Positions 29,487 to 39,272 of a DNA stretch of 64,000 nt are shown here, one piece after another. Source of the DNA: an uncultured delta proteobacterium. GTDB taxonomy: Bacteria > Desulfobacterota > Desulfobacteria > Desulfobacterales > Desulfatirhabdiaceae. Where the stretch lies: positions 96,001 through 160,000 of the forward strand of contig CAWBKP010000022.1 in the NCBI GenBank assembly GCA_963789395.1. The letters are read 5' to 3'. Positions within the stretch are counted from its first letter, which is position 1. Every line of letters starts with the position of its first letter. The notes below the pieces were generated by a model. It ran no database searches. It was not told the DNA's origin and was given only the letters and a program-made list of their open reading frames with translations. The position numbers and the translations under genes are program-made.

Positions 29487-30633
29487 TCTGATATGGTCTG
29501 AAATTGATTTAAACGCCGTTTCCCGTAATGTGCGGGAGCTTCGCCGCATCACCAGTCCCGGTTCCCAATTGATGGCCGTGGTCAAGGCCAATGGCTATGG
29601 TCATGGCGCCATTGAAGTTGCGCAGGCGGCTCTCAAAAACGGGGCGGACTGCCTGGGAGTGGCCCGAATGGATGAAGGGATTCAGTTGCGAGACGCTGGA
29701 ATCACTTCTCCCATACTGATTATGGGGTATACCCCGCCGGAACACAGTGCGACAGTTGTCCATCAACACCTCACCCAGGCCGTTTATACGTTTGAGGCTG
29801 CTGAATCCTTGTCAGAAGCAGCAGCAAGGCTTCATACAAAGGCAAAAGTTCATATCAAGGTGGATACCGGTATGGGCCGGTTGGGGCTTCTTCCGGACAG
29901 CCCCCGGATTTCCTTGCTGGGAAAACATCTGCCGGGAAATGCCCAGCGGGTGATTGAGTCCATATCCAGACTCCCTCATGTCGAGATTGAAGGCGTTTTT
30001 ACCCATTTTGCGACAGCAGACAGCCAGGATAAGACATACTCCCTTCAGCAACTGGAGCGTTTCCTGGAATTTCTGGACAAGCTGAAACTGCATGGTCTGG
30101 ATTTTCCCATCCGACATGCGGCCAACAGCGCCGCACTTATCGATCTGCCAGAAGCCCATCTGGATATGGTCCGGCCAGGCATTTCGCTCTATGGGTTTTA
30201 TCCGTCCGCTGAGGTCAAGAAAGAACGCATTGCCCTGGTGCCGGCGATGATGCTTAAAACCCGGGTCATTCATGTTAAAATGGTGCCTGCCGGGTTTCAC
30301 GTCAGTTATGGGTTGACATATCAGACTGAAAATCCAACGGTCATCGCAACTGTTTCTGCCGGTTATGCGGATGGATTGAACCGTCTGCTGTCGTCGCAGG
30401 GGCAGATGCTGGTCCGGGGAAGCCGGGCACGCATCATCGGGCGGATCTGCATGGATTTGACCCTGTTGGATGTGGGACATATTCCGGATGTTGGTATCGG
30501 GGATGAAGTGGTGATCTTTGGCCGTCAGGGGCAGGAATGTATTCCGGTCGAGGAAATGGCAAAAGCCCTCAACACGATCCATTATGAAATCGTAACATCT
30601 GTAGCATCCAGGGTTGAGCGGTTATATCTATAA
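29470..30633 (+). CDS. alr: Alanine racemase
   Basis: AVVKANGYGHG (PLP lysine), KVDTGMGRLG, HAANSAA, GYADG, GRICMD. Confidence 0.97.
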   Translation: MMMNPNLIWSEIDLNAVSRNVRELRRITSPGSQLMAVVKANGYGHGAIEVAQAALKNGADCLGVARMDEGIQLRDAGITSPILIMGYTPPEHSATVVHQHLTQAVYTFEAAESLSEAAARLHTKAKVHIKVDTGMGRLGLLPDSPRISLLGKHLPGNAQRVIESISRLPHVEIEGVFTHFATADSQDKTYSLQQLERFLEFLDKLKLHGLDFPIRHAANSAALIDLPEAHLDMVRPGISLYGFYPSAEVKKERIALVPAMMLKTRVIHVKMVPAGFHVSYGLTYQTENPTVIATVSAGYADGLNRLLSSQGQMLVRGSRARIIGRICMDLTLLDVGHIPDVGIGDEVVIFGRQGQECIPVEEMAKALNTIHYEIVTSVASRVERLYL

Positions 30634-30703
30634 AAAGACGGCATTTGACGGGTCGAAGTGGCTGCAGCCGGTTAAGAGGATGATTGCGAACCTATCAAAA
30701 TGC

Positions 30704-30732
30704 TTTACAAAGACCAGGCCATGAACTATAGA
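30704..30732 (+). promoter_or_regulatory. Possible sigma70 promoter for rdgB
   Basis: TTTACA-17 bp-TATAGA upstream of a GAGGAGG RBS. Confidence 0.45.
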
Positions 30733-30794
30733 AACAGATGGATTAAGCATTCAGACATCTTAATTTCTGCATTAACCTTTATGAGGAGGATGCC

Positions 30795-31451
30795 GTGACA
30801 GCGGTTACCCTGGTGATTGCCACAAAAAATAACGGCAAGCTCATTGAAATCGATGCGTTGTTAAAAAACTATCCGGTGACATTGAAAACCCTTTCGGATT
30901 TCGGGCCCATCCCGCCTGTTGCGGAGGATGGCGCCACCTTTGATGACAATGCCTATAAAAAAGCTGCTTTTACTGCAAGGGTACTGGGCCTGCCTGCCCT
31001 GGCCGACGATTCCGGACTCGTTGTCCCGGCTCTGGATGGCAAACCCGGAATCCATTCGGCGCGGTATGGCGGTGACGGCCTGACTGATGCCCAGCGATGT
31101 GATTTGCTGCTTCAAAACCTGAAGGGGAAGGCTGACCGCAAGGCATCCTTTTCCTGTGTAATCTCCGTTGCCACCCCCACAGGTGCGGCCCTGACCTATG
31201 AGGCCCGATGTGAAGGGCTGATTGCTGATGCCGCTTCCGGTACGAACGGATTTGGATATGATCCGATATTTTATTATCCGCCCCTGAACAAGACCTTTGC
31301 GGAAATGTCGCCTCTGGAAAAGAGCCGGGTCAGCCATCGCGGCAAAGCCCTGAAACAACTACAGGACGAATTTGACAAGGTGCTGCTTTGGCTTGAGCAG
31401 CAGATGCCTGTGCTGGAAAAATTTTCCTGTCATGGAGGTGTGGCATGTTAG
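30795..31451 (+). CDS. rdgB: XTP/dITP diphosphatase (Ham1 family)
   Basis: ATKNNGK, ADDSGL, PGIHSARY, GFGYDP, SHRGKA. Confidence 0.95.
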   Translation: MTAVTLVIATKNNGKLIEIDALLKNYPVTLKTLSDFGPIPPVAEDGATFDDNAYKKAAFTARVLGLPALADDSGLVVPALDGKPGIHSARYGGDGLTDAQRCDLLLQNLKGKADRKASFSCVISVATPTGAALTYEARCEGLIADAASGTNGFGYDPIFYYPPLNKTFAEMSPLEKSRVSHRGKALKQLQDEFDKVLLWLEQQMPVLEKFSCHGGVAC

Positions 31452-32023
31452 AGGACTTGATTCGAAAAAACCGCTCCTGCCGAAGATTCATTCAAAGCCG
31501 TTCAATGGATAAGAATACACTGAACGAACTGGTGAATCTGGCCCGCCTGTCCGCATCCGGAGCCAATTTGCAGCCGTTAAAATACATTCTTTGCTGCAAT
31601 CCGGACAAGAATGCCGAGATATTCTCCTGTCTGGCATGGGCTGCGTATCTCAAGGACTGGCCGGGTCCTGTGGAAGGGGAGCGGCCATCCGGGTATATTG
31701 TCGTTTTGGGGGATACGGCCATTTCTCAGGATTTTGGATGCGATCACGGCATTGCCAGCCAGAGTATTCTGCTGGGTGCCAGAGAAAAAGGGCTTGCCGG
31801 ATGTATGCTGGGAGCTGTGAACCGGGAAAAGCTCCGGGATGTCTTGAACCTTTCCAGCCAGTTTAAAATTCTACTGGTTCTGGCTCTCGGGGCGCCGCGT
31901 GAAGAAATCGTTGTGGAGCCGCTCGGGGCAGACGGCAGTATCCGCTATTGGCGGGACGGCAGGGGGGTTCATCATGTTCCCAAGCGAAGCCTTACGGACA
32001 TCGTTTTAGAATCCTATGGTTGA
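31445..32023 (+). CDS. Nitroreductase-family protein
   Basis: NRSCRRF, SASGANLQP, VPKR. Confidence 0.9.
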   Translation: MLEDLIRKNRSCRRFIQSRSMDKNTLNELVNLARLSASGANLQPLKYILCCNPDKNAEIFSCLAWAAYLKDWPGPVEGERPSGYIVVLGDTAISQDFGCDHGIASQSILLGAREKGLAGCMLGAVNREKLRDVLNLSSQFKILLVLALGAPREEIVVEPLGADGSIRYWRDGRGVHHVPKRSLTDIVLESYG

Positions 32024-32153
32024 TGCGCGCAGAAAAAGGGTGAAATGGGCGTATGAAAGTGGCATAATCACAAGAATCTGTCGAAATCCGGAACGATGAT
32101 TTTTTCGGGTTTGTTATTTTCGATTTTCTTTCAAACAACAAGGAGTTTACATC

Positions 32154-34126
32154 ATGGTCGTTAAAAACCAGGGAGTCGATATTGCCTTGGAGATTGGCGG
32201 GATATCAACCTTGGAGATGGCGCGGGCGCTTTTTGAAAAAAAGATGGATACCGCTAACCTCTCGAAAATCAATAAGATTCAAAATGCGGCGGCTTTATTG
32301 AAAATTGCCAATGCCATTTCCATGTGCGAACCGGATGCGGTCTTTGTCAATACGGGCTCTGAGCCGGACAGGCAGTTTATACGAAACCTGGCCCTTGGAA
32401 AAAGGTGAAGAAACCCGGCTGGCCATGGAAAACCATACCATCCATTTCGATCTGAAGGAAGAGCAGGGAAGGATCCTGGACCGGACATTCTATATCGCTA
32501 ACGAAGGCGATCTGGTCAGTTCCCTGGCCAATAAAATGCTCCGCCAGGATGCGCTTTGTGATATCCGGGAGAAGATGGCGGGCATCATGGCCGGCAAGAT
32601 CATGATGGTGGGGTTTTACATCCGAGGACCCGCCGGATCTCCCGTATCCAATCCCGCGCTGGAAATCACCAGCTCCGCCTATGTCACCCACAGCGCAGAA
32701 CTCCTTTACAGAAATTTATATTCCCGATTTGATGAAGAAGTCGATCGTCTGGGACATTTTTATACCAATATTCACAGCGAAGGACGGAACCGATCCGAAG
32801 ATCTGCCCAATGCACGGGTATTCATGGATCGCAGTTATCAGACGACCTACAGCTTCAACTGTACCTATGCCGGAAACACGCTGCTGATGAAAAAAGGCAA
32901 CCACCGCTTCTCTGTTGATAAGGCTGTCTATGAAAACCGGGGCAATGAACTTTCCGAACACATGTTCATTACCGGAATCGAAGGCCCCGGCGGCCGCGTT
33001 ACCTGGTGCGCGGGGGCGGCCCCCAGCGGTTGCGGAAAAACCACGACGGCCATGGCAGGCACCTATTTTATCGGCGATGATCTGGCTCAGATGTGGATCG
33101 ATGATCATGGCGCGATCCGATCCGTCAACCCGGAATGCGGCATATTCGGCATCCTCGAAGATGTGAACCATGAAGGCGATCCCAAACTCGTGCGCCTGCT
33201 TCGAAACCCTGGAACCGAGGTCATCTGGTCCAATGTCCTGGTGGATGAAGCCGGTATTCCGCACTGGGCTGGAAATGGCGAAGAGACGCCGCCCAAAGGG
33301 ATTAACTTCCAGGGGCACTGGGAGCCGGGGAATGGTGGATGAAAACGGAAAGCCCGTTCCGATTTCCCACTCCAATTCAAGGTGCACGCTTTCTTCGAAA
33401 GCCCTGGACAATTACTCAGAACAGGCTGAAAATCCCGAAGGCGTCGAAACCCTCGTCATTACTTACAGCGGCAGGGATAGCAACACCATGCCGCCGGTCT
33501 GGGCAGCCCGTACTTCAGATGAGGGGGTGGTCATCGGCGCCTGCATCGTTTCGGCGGCAACGGCAACCGAGGTTGGTGCAACCGGTGTCAAACGCGCGCC
33601 CTGGGCCAATGCACCCTTTATTCCAGGTGCTCTTGGCGACTATATGGACGCACAGTTTCAGTTTTTTGGAAATCCCCGGATCGCGGCGGATAAAAAACCC
33701 GTAATGGCAGGGTTGAATTACTTTCTGACCCATGAGGCAAGGGGCGGAGAGGGGAAAAAACTTCTTGGCGAAAAGCGGGATGTCAAGGTCTGGCTGTCAT
33801 GGTTGGAACGCAGGGCCAATCGGGAAGTGGATGCCATTGAAACCCCGATCGGATTCATCCCCCGGTATGGCGATCTGAAAGACATGTTTAAGTCGATCAT
33901 CGATAAGGACTATCCAGAAGATCTCTATGTTAAACAGTTTTCCCTGTATGTGGACAACATTGTTTCCAGAATAGATCTTCAGCTAAGCGCCTATGGCAAG
34001 GAAGCAAATCTTCCGCAGAAGCTCTTTGATATTTTGAATCGCCAGCGAAATGCGTTGCTGTCTCTAAAAGATTCTTTCGGGCCGGTTGTTTTACCGGAGC
34101 AACTGGACGGTGTTGCTGCGGAATGA
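32154..34126 (+). CDS. pckG: GTP-dependent phosphoenolpyruvate carboxykinase (frameshifts near 32398 and 33330)
   Basis: YAGN, EHM, AAPSGCGKT, IGDDLA, NPECGIFG, HSNSR across three consecutive ORF pieces. Confidence 0.9.
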
Positions 34127-34265
34127 GCCTTCTTCGTTGCAACTGATATGGAATATTCATGAATTCAAAAACATCGATTTTATCGAGAGGAATCGCGTCC
34201 ATTCAATTATGATATGCGAACCATTCATATGCTCCTGATAATGCTGATTGGAGCTTACGGTTCTG

Positions 34266-34281
34266 TGGCATGAAGAATGCA
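34266..34281 (+). promoter_or_regulatory. Sigma54 (-24/-12) promoter candidate
   Basis: TGGCATGAAGAATGCA = GG-N10-GC, about 50 bp upstream of the ATG at 34334. Confidence 0.6.
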
Positions 34282-34333
34282 AGTCCGAAGTATGGGGCGT
34301 TTCCCATATTGTTCTGAAAGGCGGTGACTCCCA

Positions 34334-34942
34334 ATGAAAATAAACCGTATCATCAGCGTATTATGTTTAACATTATTCTTTATTGCTTTATATATGGAGG
34401 CAGAGGCTGTGAGACCGCCGCTCACCCCATTGAATCGCGAACAATTTAAAAAAATGATAGCCGATGCCGATGTGATTGCCACGGGAACCGTCACCTGTGT
34501 GACCCAGTCAAAAACCCTGCAGCCGCCCCTGGAAACGGTGATGGTTCATGTGACCGTGACACCGGAGAAAATCCTGAAAGGTGACAGGCTGATGGATCGC
34601 ATTGCGATTGTGGAGTCCTATCAGCAATATGCCGTAGACACGGATGCCTCTGCTGTCCGTGGTGCAACCGATAAATCCGTGACAGTCCAGATCTCCGGTC
34701 CTGCTCCTCCGGTTGGAAGATATCGGGAGGGGGAACGGATTCTCGTTCTTCTGAAGGCCATGGACGGACTAAATCAATATCGCCCTTTGGGGTCCGGGAA
34801 TTACGATGCGTATCTTGGTGTGTTTCAGATAACCCCAGATGGTGTGAAGTCCGACAGGTATCGTTTTGACGATGCCGTGGACAGATATGCAAGATCTGAG
34901 GTCGAATTTTTAAATTTTATCACTGCAATCAAAGGGGAATAG
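34334..34942 (+). CDS. Exported hypothetical protein
   Basis: Signal peptide ending AEA; ADVIATGTV...ILKG...GERILVLL pattern. Confidence 0.75.
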   Translation: MKINRIISVLCLTLFFIALYMEAEAVRPPLTPLNREQFKKMIADADVIATGTVTCVTQSKTLQPPLETVMVHVTVTPEKILKGDRLMDRIAIVESYQQYAVDTDASAVRGATDKSVTVQISGPAPPVGRYREGERILVLLKAMDGLNQYRPLGSGNYDAYLGVFQITPDGVKSDRYRFDDAVDRYARSEVEFLNFITAIKGE

Positions 34943-34950
34943 ACATAAGA

Positions 34951-36345
34951 ATGAAAAGAAATTGGCAGTACTGCCTTCCATTGGTTATTTTATATTTTTC
35001 CGTTTTTCAGAGTGGTTCCGTTATGGCTGCCGGCGAATTGAACCCTTATGGGATTCAGTCCGACAATCCATATGTTGTTGACCAGTGTGTCGAGGATGGA
35101 AAATTAATTGATGTAGTGATCGTTCCGGGGCGTCCGCCTGAAATCTATCGAGCATCTCAGGCCATCATTGCGGAGTCAAGTTCAACCGCTGAGACCAAAT
35201 CTCTTTCCAGCGTTCCGGCATTTGACTGGAGTTACGGCTGTGCTCCCACGGCTGCGGCCATGATGTTTGGCTACTACGACAATACCGGATACCCGAATCT
35301 TTATACCGGACCGGCCAACGGAGGGATATGTCCGATGACCAATGCCGTATGGGGTATTGGGATAGGCGGCTCACATGGGGAGTGCCCGTTAAGCGCCACA
35401 CATCAGGGAATTGACGGTCGAACGATCAAAGGGCATGTGGACGATTATTGGATTGAATATGGCAGTACGCAGCCGGACCCGTTTATCGGTCACTGGACGG
35501 AACATGTCCAGGGGGAGTGCACGGGTGATTATATGGCGTCCAATCAATCTTCAAAATCAAATGCCGATGGCAGTACCCAGTTTCTCTATTATATTGACGG
35601 AAGTCCGTTGTATGATTATGCGGGAATGGAGCCTGGAAAAAGGGATGGCTGTCACGGCATGAAGCTTTTCTTTGAGTCCAGGGGATATTCCGTACTCAGC
35701 AATTATAATCAATTAATTAAAGGATATAATGGCAATACAAACGGGTTTACATTTGAAGATTTCAAGCAGGAAATTGATGCAGGGCGCCCCGTTTTGATTC
35801 ACTTGACGGGTCATACCATGCTGGGATTTGGCTACAGTGATTCGGGGTCGCTTGTTTATCTGCATGATACATGGGATTATTCCACCCATTCAATGACGTG
35901 GGGAGGGACATATGGGACATCTGAACTGCAACATATGGGCGTAACTGTTTTTATCCCGGCACTGGAGCCCGTTCCCAATATCAAAGCCAATGGCCAAGAA
36001 GGTTCGGTTACCGTCTCAGTCAACACGCCTGTTTCCATAACAGCCAGCCTTGTGCCAGGTAATAAAGATGGAAAATCCGCTGACTGGTGGCTTGCCTTGA
36101 GTACGCCTACGGGTTGTTGGTATTCACTGACTTCAAATGGATGGGCTCCGGGGATCAACTTGTTGGCAACTACGCCATTGTTTAACATACCCCCGGTGGA
36201 AATTATTAACGGATATCCACCTGTTGGAGACTACACCTTTTATATCGTTGTGGACATGAGCCCCAATGGTTTTGTGGATTCACCAGTCTATTACGATCAG
36301 GTTCAGGTTCATGTGATCGATACTAGGCCAACGCTGACGCCTTAA
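34951..36345 (+). CDS. Secreted papain-fold cysteine peptidase (C39-like or C10-like)
   Basis: Signal peptide; WSYGCAPTAAAM (Cys), GRPVLIHLTGHTMLGFGY (His), LHDTW (Asp); beta-rich C-terminal domain. Confidence 0.7.
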   Translation: MKRNWQYCLPLVILYFSVFQSGSVMAAGELNPYGIQSDNPYVVDQCVEDGKLIDVVIVPGRPPEIYRASQAIIAESSSTAETKSLSSVPAFDWSYGCAPTAAAMMFGYYDNTGYPNLYTGPANGGICPMTNAVWGIGIGGSHGECPLSATHQGIDGRTIKGHVDDYWIEYGSTQPDPFIGHWTEHVQGECTGDYMASNQSSKSNADGSTQFLYYIDGSPLYDYAGMEPGKRDGCHGMKLFFESRGYSVLSNYNQLIKGYNGNTNGFTFEDFKQEIDAGRPVLIHLTGHTMLGFGYSDSGSLVYLHDTWDYSTHSMTWGGTYGTSELQHMGVTVFIPALEPVPNIKANGQEGSVTVSVNTPVSITASLVPGNKDGKSADWWLALSTPTGCWYSLTSNGWAPGINLLATTPLFNIPPVEIINGYPPVGDYTFYIVVDMSPNGFVDSPVYYDQVQVHVIDTRPTLTP

Positions 36346-36731
36346 CCCGGCACATGGGTGCTGTCGTAGTATTGTTTCTTCGGATTCTAATATTCTTAAC
36401 TGCTACGTTACACTTTTCTTTATAATGGTTCTGCCACGGAATATCCCGAAAGAGGCAACTGAACTGCGAGTAATTATCATCTTTTTATGATTTATCAACG
36501 CTGGGTCAAGGGCGATACCCTGCCACTCCGGGCCGCCGTGCCTTTTTTGCAGTCAAAACTGAATAGTGTGGAGAATCCTTACTTAATAATTACTAAACGG
36601 AGGTGGCTATCTCGGTTTCGGACAGCCGTCAGCGATGTTGCCTTCCGGGTTCCACTATTTAATGCACAATAATTTATATCGATATGTATTAATGAGTTTT
36701 GATGCACTCGTAACCTTGCAGAACAGCTAAC

Positions 36732-38015
36732 ATGTCGCCCCCGGAATCGAAGATTTTTCTGAACATGACCCTGGTAAAGGTTATTTTCAGCAGCCGGATG
36801 GCAGTGACCTTTCTAATGGGATTTTCATGCGGACTTCCCCTTCTGTTGACCCTGTCCGTGCTTCAGGCATGGATGAAGGAAGAAGGGGTGGATCTGTCCG
36901 TGATCGGCCTGATGTCTCTTGTGGGAATTCCCTATACGGTCAAGTTTCTGTGGGCGCCGCTACTGGACCGCGTGAATCTTCCCTTTCTGGGAAGGCGGCG
37001 CGGATGGCTTTTTGTCGCTCAGTTGAGTCTGATGGCAGCCATTGCAGTTCTGGGCCTGTCGAATCCAAAAGCCCATCCAGTGATGCTGGCCGGGGCTGCA
37101 TTTCTGGTGACATTTTTCAGCGCCAGCCAGGATATCGTCGTCGATGCGTACCGCAGGGAAACTTTAAGCGATGCCGAGCTGGGCCTGGGCTCATCCCTCT
37201 ATGTCAACGGCTACCGGGTGGGAATGCTCCTGGCATCCGGCGGCGGCCTGATTCTGGCGGATCACCTGCCATTTTCCAGGGTTTATCTCATCATGGCGGC
37301 CTGCATGATTCCGGGAATGGTGACCACTTTTTGTTCAAAAGAGCCCGAACAGCCCTTCGGCGTACCCGGAACCCTTGCCGAAGCGGTGGTTGCGCCGCTC
37401 AGGGAATATTTCGCCCGCAACGGGGCCTGGTGGATTCTGGCATTTATCCTCTTCTATAAAATCGGAGACAGCATGGCCAGCGCCATGACCACGCCGTTTT
37501 ACCTGGATATCGGTTTTTCCAAGACCGAAATCGGCGCCGTGGTCAAACTCTTCGGTTTTTGGGCAACGATTGCCGGCAGCCTGATCGGCGGAATCTGGAT
37601 GATTCGTATCGGCATCGGCAGAAGCCTGTGGATATTCGGAATCCTTCAAGCGGTTTCAACTGCCGGCTTCATGCTGCTGACATATACGGGCCCCAGCGTT
37701 TCAGCCCTGTCCGCTGTCATTGCCTTTGAAAATTTTACGGGCGGCATGGGAACGTCGGCTTTTTCCGCATTTATGGCCAGCATGACCCACAAGCGGTTTA
37801 CCGCCACCCAGTACGCCCTGCTAACGAGCCTGATGGGCGTCCCCCGTGTTCTGGCGTCTGCGCCCACCGGCTTTCTGGCAAAGAGCATGGGTTGGAACTG
37901 GTTTTTTGCCGTCTGCGTGCTGGCAGCTGTTCCCGGGTTGCTGATCCTGCTGCGCTTTTCCAGCTGGAGCACTGCAGGGGACAAGGGCGAAGAGCCGTTG
38001 ACTGAATGCCCATGA
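36732..38015 (+). CDS. ampG: Muropeptide MFS permease
   Basis: GFSCGLP, PYTVKFLWAPLLD, GRRRGW, SASQDIVVDAYR, ATQYALL. Confidence 0.93.
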   Translation: MSPPESKIFLNMTLVKVIFSSRMAVTFLMGFSCGLPLLLTLSVLQAWMKEEGVDLSVIGLMSLVGIPYTVKFLWAPLLDRVNLPFLGRRRGWLFVAQLSLMAAIAVLGLSNPKAHPVMLAGAAFLVTFFSASQDIVVDAYRRETLSDAELGLGSSLYVNGYRVGMLLASGGGLILADHLPFSRVYLIMAACMIPGMVTTFCSKEPEQPFGVPGTLAEAVVAPLREYFARNGAWWILAFILFYKIGDSMASAMTTPFYLDIGFSKTEIGAVVKLFGFWATIAGSLIGGIWMIRIGIGRSLWIFGILQAVSTAGFMLLTYTGPSVSALSAVIAFENFTGGMGTSAFSAFMASMTHKRFTATQYALLTSLMGVPRVLASAPTGFLAKSMGWNWFFAVCVLAAVPGLLILLRFSSWSTAGDKGEEPLTECP

Positions 38016-38632
38016 GCCTGTCTTCATTCACAGAATGCAGACGCTGCGGGATCTGCTGTGAAAAAGGCGGCCCGACCTTTCACATCGAAGACCGGATGCT
38101 GATTGATTCCGGTCTGATTCCGGCAAGTCACCTGTATACCCTTCGAAAAGGGGAGCTGGTGAATGATTCCATAAAGGGCCGTGTGCTTCCTTTGGAATCT
38201 GAAATGATCAAAATAAAGGGGCAAAACAAGGCCTGGACCTGTCTTTTTTTTGATAAAACAGGACCAACCTGTCGCATTTACGAGCACCGCCCCCTGGAAT
38301 GCCGGATTCTCAAATGCTGGGACACGCGGGACATCGAGGCTGCGTATTCACGGAACCGGCTGATGCGAAAGGACTTATTCTCCGGCATACCGGCCCTTTG
38401 GAGTCTGATTGCGGACCATGACCTGCGCTGCAGTCATCTGACACTGCGAAAGCTTCTCGGGTCCAATTCCGGCGCAGGCGGAACACAAGCGGTTCAGGAG
38501 ATGGTGGAATACGACCGGTCGATCCGGCTGCTTGTGGTCGAAAAAGCGGGTGTCAAGGCAGATATGCTCGACTTTATTTTTGGAAGACCGCTGTCGGAAG
38601 CCATCCGAAGTCCACTTAATGAACGTGATTAG
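38006..38632 (+). CDS. YkgJ-family cysteine-cluster protein
   Basis: CRRCGICC...CLF...CRIYEHRPLECR. Confidence 0.85.
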   Translation: MPMSLSSFTECRRCGICCEKGGPTFHIEDRMLIDSGLIPASHLYTLRKGELVNDSIKGRVLPLESEMIKIKGQNKAWTCLFFDKTGPTCRIYEHRPLECRILKCWDTRDIEAAYSRNRLMRKDLFSGIPALWSLIADHDLRCSHLTLRKLLGSNSGAGGTQAVQEMVEYDRSIRLLVVEKAGVKADMLDFIFGRPLSEAIRSPLNERD

Positions 38633-38710
38633 TGAATCATACTGCTGAATCACCGAAAAGCCGAACCGAGTATGCAGAATCCGGTGGAAAACATCAGAAA
38701 GAGCCATTAT

Positions 38711-39268
38711 ATGAAACAAGAACTGATCCATATCCTATGTAAAAAATCATTCCAGTTCAGCGAAGAGCCCATTTTCAAGCTGGTTTCCGGTCAGATGAGC
38801 CAGTTTTATGTCAACTGCAAACCCACGACCCTCAGCCCCAGGGGCATGTTTTTGACCGGGCATCTTGTATATGAGGCTATCCGGGATGCCCGGGTCGCCG
38901 GCATCGGCGGACTTACTTTCGGCGCAGATCCCATCGCGGTTGCAGCGGCATTCGTTTCCGAACTCCAGGGAGGTCCGGTTCAGGCCTTTTCCATTCGCAA
39001 AACCCGCAAGGATCACGGCATGATCCGGTGGATCGAGGGGGATATTCAGCCGGGAGACCGGGTGGCCATCATTGATGATGTGGCAACTACCGGCGGCTCC
39101 ACCATCAAGGCCATTGAACGGGCCCAGTCAGAAGGCATGAACGTGGTCAAAGTCGTCATTCTTGTGGACAGGCAGGAAGGGGGGCTGGAGAACATTCGAA
39201 AACATGTTTCGGATATCTCGGTTATTATTACCCGCGATGACCTGATGAACGTGATGCGCGGGAACTGA
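38711..39268 (+). CDS. pyrE: Orotate phosphoribosyltransferase
   Basis: [33 protein letters not shown]. Confidence 0.95.
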   Translation: MKQELIHILCKKSFQFSEEPIFKLVSGQMSQFYVNCKPTTLSPRGMFLTGHLVYEAIRDARVAGIGGLTFGADPIAVAAAFVSELQGGPVQAFSIRKTRKDHGMIRWIEGDIQPGDRVAIIDDVATTGGSTIKAIERAQSEGMNVVKVVILVDRQEGGLENIRKHVSDISVIITRDDLMNVMRGN

Positions 39269-39272
39269 TATT

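Noticed and set aside
28482..29591. 369-aa minus-strand ORF, and similar ones at 24658-25557 and 29812-30582
   Set aside because: Antisense to well-supported genes (radical SAM, rnfC, alr); no motifs or clear RBS.
32400..32410. TGA early in pckG as a selenocysteine or readthrough codon
   Set aside because: Homology continues in a different frame, so this is an indel rather than an in-frame stop.
36430..36660. Cyclic di-GMP-I riboswitch
   Set aside because: The GCAAAC...GAAA...GACGCAAAGC consensus is not found on either strand.
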